Below are positions 27,601 to 36,083 of a stretch of DNA of 64,000 nucleotides, one piece after another (position 1 is the first letter of the stretch; each line of letters begins with the position of its first letter). The position numbers were made by a program, and so were the translations under genes. This DNA comes from a virus: positions 3,835-67,834 of IMG/VR virus record IMGVR_UViG_3300021963_000113, one strand, 5' to 3'. The notes under the pieces were generated by a model. That model was not told where the DNA came from. It was given only the letters and a program-made list of their open reading frames with translations, and did not search any database.

Positions 27601-27808
27601 GATAACCTCTTGGATCTTTTTTTATATTAGCAATTAACCTATCGGCATCTTCATCAGATAGATTCACATATGAAGTATAGCTTTCATCTCCCTGTCTTCT
27701 ACCAGTTAATTTTGATTTTAAAATCAACCACAACCTAGAGTTAGGATTAATCCTACTCCAAGGCATCTTTGGGTGTAATACTCCTTCTGGCGGTTGTGGT
27801 AGATTCAT
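24644..27808 (-). CDS. Tape-measure/hub-like virion protein with a lambda-lysozyme (GH104)-like muramidase domain
   Basis: LLDMIAGKES..Y..AAGRYQII..T..F..QDKL motif; IGEAGPE motif. Confidence 0.7.
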   Translation of the reverse strand: MNLPQPPEGVLHPKMPWSRINPNSRLWLILKSKLTGRRQGDESYTSYVNLSDEDADRLIANIKKDPRGYPSLDQESGTPIQWMERQRLYQEWLVEAYLNNPFEEAVSEKIVEQTSEVLVEAQEEIQEAETKAEVSEILEDKIDILEDIQEKISPPPNEYQRPADPWEGSETVPKTEKKKEKKKPSRRKLKRPKNTVKKKKKPKAPSGGNEPPTPPSRRKRLGRMFGGGLKKTGSFVGKTLFSGGVSKAPGEGPSVLAFGSWIGKKVKTAFQDAKEQKERALEAQSNGADIPQEVLEPGYFIKKSIGYQFGGRAFDTTFGAFIESMPSKQSKSQAGFGDQFDYGDSDPKKKKKANEIRDLATGFKKVSIALGAINKQITKQTQTLEQLVNASERNSDLLEGILTSISKMVDVEIDSGSDEAVAQQAAGGDINIPSIDLSGLLGKSEGGLDWFDLLMAADDTRDIAKKIKGGGQRSTTRRGGPKITGDVPKRNRFKMPSFGRFGRRMKFSEGAASVRNTVPALIGEAGPEILVRSAPKKLAEGGVMQGTGSNILATGLGAAGDLMKKVQPFANVMEMPFKVIGAQISGALASIVAAAGPFSGVIAKMFSPLLGGLATLFGLNQGAFAAELDSAAMTEEQGAKELSKFFANFFKMFGINIGGDGEDGGDGGDDDDNTTSPDAGDYKELLDMIAGKESTSAGGYIAYNEGGSNNGYSVIGYSGPSDQGPIKRKLTDMTVAEIMQHQKDKDPPIHAAGRYQIIGSTMDGLINRKSYGETGVSPNDKFNASTQDKLGIALIKYRLKTGANVDNFISEWRGLKFENREKLQKAIDKAKGASTRRASKGAVQNITNNFSDQVRGLFEISGPPSGFNIPPQYTGGQPYIGHGRELLFHIGNKMVIAPIENNEYNVYKDPAKAFNRYEQIGRQAGVEVAGFVNFIDNLLAPPKTGRTPVYGEGFKPKRIYRAEDESGAEILRLLGGTPVKGASLPEIPEGQVNPIPIPKDTVSGTSVAMIQTITPVIQQVPVYIKGDTKYIHVPANPLVAAREKARLSHYTSIT

Positions 27809-27924
27809 TGTTGCTGACTATTCTTTTGCTCTTCTAGATAATTACTAAGCATAGCAACGAAAACTTCTCTCTCCCAAGGTATCATATTTTCTAATTCAGT
27901 TAATGAAAACTTATGGTGATACAT
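27805..27924 (-). CDS. gp51: Baseplate hub assembly protein gp51-like, probably made as a frameshift extension of gp26
   Basis: MYHHKFSLTELENMIPWEREVFVAML. The frame stays open upstream to the gp26 slippery site. Confidence 0.8.
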   Translation of the reverse strand: MYHHKFSLTELENMIPWEREVFVAMLSNYLEEQKNSQQQ

Positions 27925-27974
27925 TAAGTTGAAATTAGTTTGATAAAAGTTAGCAAGGTTTTCATGGAAGAGAC

Positions 27975-28691
27975 TTATGCGAAAAAATTTGTAAGACCCT
28001 CAATAGTATATTCAGACTCAACATTTGTCTTTGGATTCTTCAACGTAAATGTATGTGATACCTTAGGCATCGTAGCAAAGAAGTTTTGAATTGCTTCAAA
28101 CTGTTTACTTGTCAGACCTTCTAAGTAATCAGAAATATCTTTCTTGGAAAGACTAGACCCTTCCCATACTTCATCACCATCGAAAATTTGCTCTACACAA
28201 TCAATGATAACATCAAAAACTTCTTGCGTTGACTGCTCTTTCTGAAGAATTTGGGAAGTGATAAACTGCTCCATACCAGGATACTTCATAATCAAACCAG
28301 CACTATCAGTAAGCATTACCTTTTTGTCATGACCTTCTGGTTTGATGACCTCAACCTTTTCTAGATTTAATTTGTAGGGAATAGATGTTTCGCCATCATC
28401 CTTAGCAGTGAAAATCATCTCAACAATTTCACCCACAGATTTAGATCTGATTCTCAAGAAAACATATTCTAAATCAAACATCGGCAACTCATCAACTTTA
28501 ATACCTCTAGTGGTAATACAAGACTTCAAGGTTTCAATGATAGCATTACGAATCTCTTTGTCATCTTGACTCTCTGTTGCCATCAGAAGAATTTTTTCTT
28601 CCTTAACTAAAAATGGTCTATATTTAATTGTCTTGCCAGATGAGGGAAGTTGCAACTCATATGTTGGCACTGGGGGCTTTGGTAAAGACAT
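27975..28691 (-). CDS. gp26: Baseplate hub assembly chaperone
   Basis: MSLPK..PTYEL.LPSSGK.IKYRPFLVKEEKILL, LRIRSKSVGE, and C-terminal EGLTNFF. Confidence 0.92.
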   Translation of the reverse strand: MSLPKPPVPTYELQLPSSGKTIKYRPFLVKEEKILLMATESQDDKEIRNAIIETLKSCITTRGIKVDELPMFDLEYVFLRIRSKSVGEIVEMIFTAKDDGETSIPYKLNLEKVEVIKPEGHDKKVMLTDSAGLIMKYPGMEQFITSQILQKEQSTQEVFDVIIDCVEQIFDGDEVWEGSSLSKKDISDYLEGLTSKQFEAIQNFFATMPKVSHTFTLKNPKTNVESEYTIEGLTNFFA

Positions 28692-28721
28692 AATTTAACT
28701 CCTATTATAATATTATATATT

Positions 28722-29360
28722 TCAGTTAACTTGCCTTGAAATATTATTTCCCTGCCAAGACCAATTCCTATAATAAAAACTAGCAGTAACTTTCAAGAGT
28801 TGAGAAGAACCATAAGAAACTGGGGTGCTTTGAATTGTATATGGCCAAACTTCGTTGAAAGTATAAGTGCCAGCAGTTCTTCCTAAAGTATCTCCTTTAC
28901 TTCTTTCTGCTTTTCTTATAGTCATAGTACGACACATATATTCTTTGGGGTAATTCAATCTTGTAATGTTGTATCTAGTTGGACCACCCTCACCCTCTTC
29001 AAAAATTGCTCTCATCCATCCATTTAAAAATTTCAAAGGTAGTAAATTAGCATCACAAGTCCACCCCAAAGTTATATCTTGGTATGACTTAGTATGTGCA
29101 TAATTTACTTGACCTTCACCAAGATATTTTCCTGTAGTTTGTCCAGTATTTGCCATCATTCCTGGTAAAGATGCTTCTTCACACAATAAAGTTAGTAATG
29201 TTTCTGCGTCACGATCTCTATTAAATCCTGCTTCTTTGATTCGATCTTCTGCAGCCGAACCAAAAGCACCAAACTTTACCTCATAAGTATTTGAAAAAGC
29301 AACTCCACCAGAGCTCGATATTCTCTTTAAGAATTCGTTGATGCCTATATTTTCTGCCAT
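28722..29360 (-). CDS. Tail tube-fold protein (gp54/gp19-like)
   Basis: CEEASLPG, W...I, and Y.F..VWP.....PVSYG....KVTASF.Y motifs; synteny. Confidence 0.7.
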   Translation of the reverse strand: MAENIGINEFLKRISSSGGVAFSNTYEVKFGAFGSAAEDRIKEAGFNRDRDAETLLTLLCEEASLPGMMANTGQTTGKYLGEGQVNYAHTKSYQDITLGWTCDANLLPLKFLNGWMRAIFEEGEGGPTRYNITRLNYPKEYMCRTMTIRKAERSKGDTLGRTAGTYTFNEVWPYTIQSTPVSYGSSQLLKVTASFYYRNWSWQGNNISRQVN

Positions 29361-29396
29361 CTAAATAGATACTGAGGATAATATATATTATTTATG
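29360..29396. promoter_or_regulatory. Pair of crossed late promoters between divergent genes
   Basis: TCTAAATA on + (29360-29367) and CATAAATA on - (29389-29396); each overlaps the start codon of the opposite gene. Confidence 0.6.
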
Positions 29397-29828
29397 GCAT
29401 ACTCTGGGAAGTATAGACCTGAAAATCCACAGAAGTACAAAGGGAATCCGACTAACATAATCTATCGGTCTCTTTGGGAAAGAAAGTTTATGGTATTCTG
29501 TGATAGAAATCCCAGTGTCTTGCAATGGGGAAGTGAAGAATGCGTAATACCGTATCGCTCACCTATTGATGGTAGGGTGCATCGTTACTATGTTGATTTC
29601 TATATCAAAATACAAACAAAGACTGGTGAGATAAAGAAATACCTAATAGAAATTAAACCTAAAAAACAAACGATACCACCAGACCCACAGAAAAAACAAA
29701 CAAAAATTTATAAAGATAAAGTATTATCTTACTACAAAAACATGGCGAAGTGGGAAGCAGCTAAAGAATGGTGTGAAGATAGACGCATGGAGTTTCTAAT
29801 ACTGACAGAAGATCACTTAGGAGTCTAA
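29394..29828 (+). CDS. gp4: Head completion nuclease
   Basis: YSGKYRP.NP.KYKG, YRSLWE, WGSEE, RYYVDF, EIKP and N.AKW.AA motifs. Confidence 0.95.
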   Translation: MAYSGKYRPENPQKYKGNPTNIIYRSLWERKFMVFCDRNPSVLQWGSEECVIPYRSPIDGRVHRYYVDFYIKIQTKTGEIKKYLIEIKPKKQTIPPDPQKKQTKIYKDKVLSYYKNMAKWEAAKEWCEDRRMEFLILTEDHLGV

Positions 29829-29829
29829 C

Positions 29830-30507
29830 ATGGCAAAAGGATTCGGCAAAGATAGTAAGTCTGGTGGTAAAAACTACGAGACTATCTTTGAGCGTGTCCA
29901 GAAACTAACTGATGGTGAAGATAAAACGTGGTCATGGTATCGCCAAGCAGTAAAAAAAATAGCATTAGAATATAAAACAAAACCAGAAAAAACTATCAGA
30001 GACGAAAGAAGAGACAGGGTGCAAGATGAAAATAAGCAAGACAAAAATGAGTTAAGAAGATACGCTAGACAAGGAAGACTATTCCTCTTTGAATACAAAG
30101 CAAAAATGAAGTATCTTCCATACTACGATCAGTTTCCTCTTGCATATGTAATAAAAGCAAACAAAGATCATTTCATTGCAGCTAACTTACATTATGTACA
30201 TCCGAATAAAAGATTGAAAATCATACAGGATTTGATGGATGATAAAATTAACGTACCTACATGTATCATCCATAAATATATAACAGACCACGTTGATGGA
30301 TTTCTATTAGACTTAGCATCTGCTGAGTGGGAAACATCCATCGCCCTACCTGTTGAAAGTTTTGTCAGAGATAAGAATGGTCAAAAGTTTCCATACAAAT
30401 CTGCTGATGTGTGGAAAGAAACCAATGAAAAATTCTATACTAAATTTAGAGCAAAAAGAATCATCAAAGGTTATGGCAAACCAGAAGACATCGAGGACGT
30501 AGAATGA
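29830..30507 (+). CDS. gp2: DNA end protector protein
   Basis: LFEY.AK..LPYYDQFPL and NLHY motifs; follows gp4. Confidence 0.8.
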   Translation: MAKGFGKDSKSGGKNYETIFERVQKLTDGEDKTWSWYRQAVKKIALEYKTKPEKTIRDERRDRVQDENKQDKNELRRYARQGRLFLFEYKAKMKYLPYYDQFPLAYVIKANKDHFIAANLHYVHPNKRLKIIQDLMDDKINVPTCIIHKYITDHVDGFLLDLASAEWETSIALPVESFVRDKNGQKFPYKSADVWKETNEKFYTKFRAKRIIKGYGKPEDIEDVE

Positions 30508-31406
30508 TACCAGGAAAACTAAGCAACGCTGCAGGGGGAGGTGGTTTAAAGACTGGATTACGTTATCCTAGTGGCGGTATTGATTCGACTACCGACTATG
30601 TGAGTATTGCATTTCATGAATACAAACCTCCATTTAGTAAACAAGCATTTGGAGGATCAGGCACCGTTGGTGGTTACAATAAAAGTATTAGCGATTTAGG
30701 ATCACCGATAGGATCTGCACTCTTATACATGCCCCAAGACGTAAGTGTGCAGTATGGTGCCTCTTGGCAAGACATGAATTTTAGTAACATCGCTAGAAGT
30801 GCTGTAGGTGCAACTGGTCAAGGATTTGGCGGTGACTTGACAGGAGCTGCTGGAACTATGATAGAACAGTTTAAAGAAACTTTGATGAATGGAATGACAA
30901 AGGGAACTGCTGTTGCTGCAATAACTTCAGAAATGTTACAGCAGACAAACTTCGGAAATTTTTCTGTGCAAGATATATTTTCTGGCACCAAAGGAGAAAT
31001 ATTCAATCCAAACACTGAAGTTTTATACCAAGGACCAAAAATGAGAGGATTTTCTCTTGAATTTAAAATGATGCCAGAAAGTGACAGTGAAGCACAAGTA
31101 ATAAAAGATATTTTAATTTTATTTAAAACAGCAATACTTCCAAAATATGGTAATGCTGGGGCTAATGGAATAGCTTCTTTCGTTAAAGTTCCATCAATAG
31201 CAAATGTAACATTTATGACGGGCAACACACCAAACCCAAATGTTACTCAATTCAAACCATGTGCAATGATTGATTTAGATATTTCATATACGCCTGACGG
31301 ATCATGGGCAACATATCGAGATGGCACCCCAGTTGCAACAACATTGAAAGCAACTTTCCAAGAACTGAAGATGGTATACGCAGAAGAAGTAGCACAAGGA
31401 TTCTAA
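30504..31406 (+). CDS. gp48: Baseplate tail tube cap
   Basis: LRYP, LYMP, NPNTEVLYQGP.MRGF, YTPDG and F.EL motifs. Confidence 0.88.
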   Translation: MIPGKLSNAAGGGGLKTGLRYPSGGIDSTTDYVSIAFHEYKPPFSKQAFGGSGTVGGYNKSISDLGSPIGSALLYMPQDVSVQYGASWQDMNFSNIARSAVGATGQGFGGDLTGAAGTMIEQFKETLMNGMTKGTAVAAITSEMLQQTNFGNFSVQDIFSGTKGEIFNPNTEVLYQGPKMRGFSLEFKMMPESDSEAQVIKDILILFKTAILPKYGNAGANGIASFVKVPSIANVTFMTGNTPNPNVTQFKPCAMIDLDISYTPDGSWATYRDGTPVATTLKATFQELKMVYAEEVAQGF

Positions 31407-31407
31407 T

Positions 31408-32052
31408 ATGTATTTTTCATTTGTACCCGACATCAAATACGACGAGAAACCAATCAAGTTTCCATTTTCACAGTCAGAATATATCACTGCGAAAAATTTC
31501 TTTCGTCGTTTTAAGATAGATGAGGATTACTTTCAGTATTCAGTATACTTTAATAGGTATGCAATCACTGATACAGATAGATTAGATACCATCTCAGAAA
31601 AATTTTATGGCAATCCTTTTTATGATTGGGTGATTGCTATCACAAACAATATTATCAATACTCAATTTGATTGGCCATTGAAAGAATGGCAGGTTAGAGA
31701 TATGGTTGAAAATCCAGATGATACCCACCATTACGAAACTATTGAAGTAATAAATGCTGAAGGTAATGTCGTGCTACAACCTGGACTGACAGTAGATGAA
31801 AGATTTGTTAATAGTGTATTCAAATATGTTGATACAACTACACCTACAGTCATCTATACTACTAGAGCTGGCACTAATGTAACTCACAGAGTTACAAATT
31901 TGGACCAAACTATCAAAGAAAACGATGCAAAGAGAGAAATTTATATTCTTAAACCAATCTATCTTCAAAGTTTCGTAACAGAATTTAGAAAGCAGAATCT
32001 ATATTCGGAATCATCTAATTATATTAGCAGCACTTTAAAACAAACTGGGTAA
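31408..32052 (+). CDS. gp53: Baseplate wedge subunit
   Basis: MYF..P, KNFFRR, R.D.IS.KFYG..YDWVI..NNI..WP, HHYET and E...ND.KR.I.IL motifs. Confidence 0.92.
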   Translation: MYFSFVPDIKYDEKPIKFPFSQSEYITAKNFFRRFKIDEDYFQYSVYFNRYAITDTDRLDTISEKFYGNPFYDWVIAITNNIINTQFDWPLKEWQVRDMVENPDDTHHYETIEVINAEGNVVLQPGLTVDERFVNSVFKYVDTTTPTVIYTTRAGTNVTHRVTNLDQTIKENDAKREIYILKPIYLQSFVTEFRKQNLYSESSNYISSTLKQTG

Positions 32053-32064
32053 ACTTTTTCACAC

Positions 32065-32095
32065 AAAAAAATGGGCGGATTTTTTTTCCGCCCAT
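32065..32095 (-). terminator. Terminator hairpin between convergent gp53 and gp32
   Basis: ATGGGCGGA..TCCGCCCAT with a T run on the minus strand. Confidence 0.7.
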
Positions 32096-32121
32096 ATGGT
32101 TTTTAACTATGGATTTTGGTT

Positions 32122-33045
32122 TCAGTCTTCCTCAGCAAGGCGAGCGAAGTAACTGAGAGCATCATCTTCATCCTCGTCTACACCAGCAGCAACTGCAACC
32201 TTAGGCAGGGCAGGTTCGCGGCGAGCGATAGGGGCGGGAGCAGTGAATTCTTCATCCTCAATCTCTTCATCCAGAGTAGGACGAGCAACCTTTGCACGAG
32301 CAACGGCAGGAGTTTGAGTAACACCAAGCACCAGATTCAGACGCTCTTCAAGTTCTTCGTAGGACTTGAAGTTTTCTGCAGCAGTGAAAGCGGCAAGAGA
32401 ATGCTCTGACTTCCAGATGCTTTCCAGTTGAGAATCATCAGCAGAGAGTGCAGCAGGAGCAGCAAACTCAGACTTGTCGTAATTCCAGTAACCAGCAACG
32501 TTAGTAATCTTCAGTTTGAAGTTAGCACCTTCCCACATATCAAAGGGATTGATGGGAGTTTCATCTTCAAACTCAGGTTGCATGGCAGCCATAATCTTGT
32601 CAAAGATTTTCTTACCAAACTTATACAAGAATACTTTACCTTCATTCTCAGGGTTTGCTTTGTCGCTCACCACATAGATGTTAGCATAGTAGGACAGTTT
32701 GCGCTTCTGCTTACGAGCAGTTTCTTTATCAGCATCACTGCCGCTATTCCACAGGCGACGATTGATTTCACCAACAGGATCTTTGCCACCGATAGTGGTC
32801 AGAGAGTTTTCAATATACCAACCACCTGGACCTTGGAAGGCATGACTATACAGTTTTGCCCAGGGTACATCTTCACCCTCGGGGGCAGGCAGGAAACGAA
32901 TGACAGCAAACCCGTTACCAGCAGCATCGACTGACGGTTTCCAGAAACGCTCATCAGCACTGGAAGAAGAGTTTGCTTTCTCCAACTCTTTAGTAAGAGT
33001 TGCGAAATTGTTTTGCGACTTACGCTTAAGGTCAGCAAAAGACAT
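32122..33045 (-). CDS. gp32: Single-stranded DNA-binding protein
   Basis: DERFWKP, GNGFAVIRFLP, HAFQGPGGWYIENS, GKKIFDKI and an acidic tail. Start MSFADLK follows GAGGT. Confidence 0.97.
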   Translation of the reverse strand: MSFADLKRKSQNNFATLTKELEKANSSSSADERFWKPSVDAAGNGFAVIRFLPAPEGEDVPWAKLYSHAFQGPGGWYIENSLTTIGGKDPVGEINRRLWNSGSDADKETARKQKRKLSYYANIYVVSDKANPENEGKVFLYKFGKKIFDKIMAAMQPEFEDETPINPFDMWEGANFKLKITNVAGYWNYDKSEFAAPAALSADDSQLESIWKSEHSLAAFTAAENFKSYEELEERLNLVLGVTQTPAVARAKVARPTLDEEIEDEEFTAPAPIARREPALPKVAVAAGVDEDEDDALSYFARLAEED

Positions 33046-33099
33046 AGGATTACCTCGGATTAGTTTAGATTTGGTCTGTGTGACGCCTGCCACGGATAC

Positions 33100-33128
33100 A
33101 TCATAACACGGCAGAGGGGCGGCGTCAA
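33100..33128 (-). promoter_or_regulatory. Early promoter for gp32
   Basis: TTGACG-N17-TATGAT. Confidence 0.7.
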
Positions 33129-33469
33129 CCCTCTGCCTCTATCTCCTGCTCAAAATGGTCGAGCTTGTTGAGCATCTCACGCATCAGGGAGGTCACGTCA
33201 GCGGTCTCCCACCACCCATAGAGCATCTTAGCACCCTGCTCAATCTGCTCACACATCTCGACCGCACGAGGGTCGTCTGAGAGCTTTAGACGGGTGTAGA
33301 AAATCTGCTGCTTCTCCACCAGTGACCTTACTGTTTTGATGTAGTGTAGTTGGTCTTCTTTGGATTTTTGGAATGGAGCTGAGAGAGTCAGCTCCATTGC
33401 TTCCATCTGAAGACGCTCCATTTCCCGTGCTTCTTCACGGACAATTTCAGAATCAAAGAAGTCGTTCAT
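33125..33469 (-). CDS. DUF1825-like protein
   Basis: FFDSEIV.EE, L.EKQ.IFY.RL.LSDDP motifs. Confidence 0.75.
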   Translation of the reverse strand: MNDFFDSEIVREEAREMERLQMEAMELTLSAPFQKSKEDQLHYIKTVRSLVEKQQIFYTRLKLSDDPRAVEMCEQIEQGAKMLYGWWETADVTSLMREMLNKLDHFEQEIEAEG

Positions 33470-33717
33470 ACCAACATTAATTTTGCGCGTGATGTTTTCT
33501 TGATGAAGTTTAATTTTTGAGCATCAAACTTTAGTTTTTCTTTTAGAGGTTTGGTAATAAGTTTTGATACTGTTTCAACCTCAATATTATTGATATCACA
33601 ATAGTGTAGAATAGCATCAATATAATTCATATCATTATGTGATGCAATCTTCTCCACATCCTGTGAGAATTTTGCACTGGTCATAAATTTATCCTCTAGT
33701 ATTTCTCCTTTAGTCAT
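33466..33717 (-). CDS. gp33: Late promoter transcription coactivator
   Basis: F...VE......YIDAI..YC....IE.E...KLI.KPLKEKL..DA..LNF. Confidence 0.9.
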   Translation of the reverse strand: MTKGEILEDKFMTSAKFSQDVEKIASHNDMNYIDAILHYCDINNIEVETVSKLITKPLKEKLKFDAQKLNFIKKTSRAKLMLV

Positions 33718-34381
33718 AGGTTTTTTTGTATAGGTCTATGTAACCAATTAGTTTTTGAAGGTATTCCTTCTTTGGTGTTTCTACAAACACCTGAGTGTCT
33801 CCGCTTTCACAAGCGATGATAGTAACAATTTTATTAACTTTTAGTTTGTATCTTTCATACAGCATACATGCATATGCTGTTTCCTGAATAAGATAATCTT
33901 CAATCCACTCTAGCTTTTTTTCTTCGGCGGATGTTTTGAAGTCGATGATAGCCAACTCCCCATCAAATTCAGCAATACAATCCACCCGCCCTGCAATCTC
34001 TAGATTATCTGAATAGAGTGCTGCTTCTTGTGCGTAGATGTTATTGATTCTGTTTAGTGTTGGTTTAGCATTCTTAAACATCATCAAGGGCAAGTGCTTG
34101 TCCTTGAATTTAGTTTCATCGTATCTATTATTTAGGTAGTCTTCACACATAAGGTGAAACGCCGTGCCGCGAGTAGCAGCACGGTTAGAGATTCGATTTG
34201 CTTTTTCTTCTCCTACTCTTTGTCTCCACTTCATTATACCAGCTTTCTTGTCTGGATTACAAGAGAGCACAGTAGTAATTGATGGATACTTACCGCCAGA
34301 TGGCACGGGATATACCCTGCGACCATCTACGGTTTCCGCAATCAATTCGATTGGAGTCAAAGGCACATGATGAAAAAGCAT
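33710..34381 (-). CDS. PD-(D/E)XK exonuclease
   Basis: YPSITTVL, RGT.FH...E, AGRVDCIAE, IIDFKTS and Q..AY motifs. Confidence 0.85.
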   Translation of the reverse strand: MLFHHVPLTPIELIAETVDGRRVYPVPSGGKYPSITTVLSCNPDKKAGIMKWRQRVGEEKANRISNRAATRGTAFHLMCEDYLNNRYDETKFKDKHLPLMMFKNAKPTLNRINNIYAQEAALYSDNLEIAGRVDCIAEFDGELAIIDFKTSAEEKKLEWIEDYLIQETAYACMLYERYKLKVNKIVTIIACESGDTQVFVETPKKEYLQKLIGYIDLYKKTYD

Positions 34382-34382
34382 T

Positions 34383-35140
34383 TTATAGTCCTAAGTTTGT
34401 TTTGCTAATAAGATAACTACGGACTAATCCGCTACGTACGATGTCTTCGATTTGGAATTCAACCGTGGAAAACTCTTCCATGGTTTCAATGATACGCATA
34501 AAATCAATGATACCATTGCGCTCATGGGTTTTGATAAGGTCAGACTGCCTAACATCACCAGAGAAATAATCTTGGAGTCTTGTCCCACACGAGTGATGAT
34601 TGAATCTAACTCATGGAAGTTGAGGTTCTGCATCTCGTCAATAAGAATGATGCAGTTGTCTAGAGTGGTGCCACGAATAAAAGATGTGCTCCAGAAAGAA
34701 ATGGTTTCCTGTGCCTTGAGATTGTAATACAGTTTATCAAACTCGTCATCACTAGGCATCTCAAACATATATTTTACCATATTCTTATATGGAATTTGAT
34801 ATAGAGATGACTTATCTTCATGGTCGCCAGGTAGGAAACCAATCTCGCGTGTCGCTACCAGTGAGCGGACGATGTAGATTTTCTCATAAGGGGTATTCTC
34901 ATTGAGAACATCCTTGAGTGCGAGATATAGTGCGATGAATGTTTTACCAGTGCCAGCGCACCCGTAACCAAACATGTTTTTACCTTTTGCATACTCTTCA
35001 AAATATCTTTTTTGATTTTCTGTAAGGGGCTCAATGTCTGTAAGCAATTCAGAATTGACAGGTTTCTTCCTTTTCATTTGCTTCAAGCTCATACCAGCAG
35101 GCACCACGGCACCATTTTTCTTTCTAGTTTTCACAGGCAT
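34383..35140 (-). pseudogene. phoH: PhoH family ATPase with a 1-nt frameshift near 34565 (real or a sequence error)
   Basis: GCAGTGKT, IGFLPG, RGTTL, DEMQN and ITRVG motifs. The conserved tail FSGDVRQSDL..DIVRSGLV lies in the shifted frame; the span is 758 nt. Confidence 0.85.
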
Positions 35141-35143
35141 AAT

Positions 35144-35374
35144 TTACAGTCTCTCTACATTTGATCCAGGTACATTAGCAGCGCGGTTGATAATTGATTT
35201 CCAATCGCTCGATGATTTGTTTTGCCAGTTTCCAATCTCAGAAACTGAATGCAAAAGTGTTGGCATCTGAGTGATGTGAGGATTGGCAGCAAGATACGGT
35301 TCTCTTTCTGCCATATACATCCACTTCTCAAACTCTTCACCTGTGTTATTATCTTTGAATTTGTAAGTTGGCAT
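35144..35374 (-). CDS. Small FmdB-like conserved T4-like protein
   Basis: MPTYKFKD..TGE.FE..M; precedes phoH. Confidence 0.75.
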   Translation of the reverse strand: MPTYKFKDNNTGEEFEKWMYMAEREPYLAANPHITQMPTLLHSVSEIGNWQNKSSSDWKSIINRAANVPGSNVERL

Positions 35375-35912
35375 CTTCAATAAACCATGTGGGAATAGTA
35401 GCAGGAGATTTCCATTTCGCAAAAGAAACTTTATCTCCAATATAATAGTTACGGTATGACTGGATAGAATCACCAGGCACTTTATATATATCTGGCATCG
35501 CAGGAGGTGGATCTGTCCAACCATGATCAGGAATGTTGAATGGCGCTACCCACAGGTAACTAATCAAACTCTCTGTGCTGTGATAGTTTCCATAGCGTCG
35601 TGTGTATTCTACACAACAGTGCTGAAACAAATCAAACAACCAGCGATAGTGTGAGCGTGACTGACGCACCCAGATGTTAGATGGGTGATTAATATGACAT
35701 GCTTTGTATAGAATATCTTCGCGTGGTTTGTCGAGACGATAACGCTTTACCGTCTTACCTTTCGGTGACTTCTCTGTATAAGGAATGCCGTCGAGCACAC
35801 GATGAGCAGTGGAGAGAAGTTGAGCATACTCAACAATCATCTTAACCACATGCTTATCACAGTGCTCGGCGGCACAAGTGCGTGGATCGTAACTCAAATA
35901 GAAAATATTCAT
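35349..35912 (-). CDS. Pyrimidine-dimer DNA glycosylase/DenV-like family protein
   Basis: MNIF.L..DP..CA..HCDKHVVKMI.EYAQLLST, H.NHP..W and YR.YY motifs. Confidence 0.75.
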   Translation of the reverse strand: MNIFYLSYDPRTCAAEHCDKHVVKMIVEYAQLLSTAHRVLDGIPYTEKSPKGKTVKRYRLDKPREDILYKACHINHPSNIWVRQSRSHYRWLFDLFQHCCVEYTRRYGNYHSTESLISYLWVAPFNIPDHGWTDPPPAMPDIYKVPGDSIQSYRNYYIGDKVSFAKWKSPATIPTWFIEDANLQIQR

Positions 35913-36082
35913 TGCGAAATTTCTAGGAGGGGTATTCTCTCCTTGATTCTATCACCATCTACCCATAAACGCAAGACCCCGATGAGGTCTGTATATTCAA
36001 TTAAACATTTGCCAGTTACTTTATCCCATTCAATAATCTGGCAGGATACTGGAGTGCCATTGAGATCACATTCGTAATACAT
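35909..36082 (-). CDS. Hypothetical protein (57 aa), not in the ORF track
   Basis: MYYECDLNGTPVSCQIIEWDKV..EISQ; its stop overlaps the next ATG (ATGA). Confidence 0.6.
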   Translation of the reverse strand: MYYECDLNGTPVSCQIIEWDKVTGKCLIEYTDLIGVLRLWVDGDRIKERIPLLEISQ

Positions 36083-36083
36083 A

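Noticed and set aside
34560-34570. Programmed frameshift in phoH
   Set aside because: No canonical slippery heptamer; a simple 1-nt deletion explains it.
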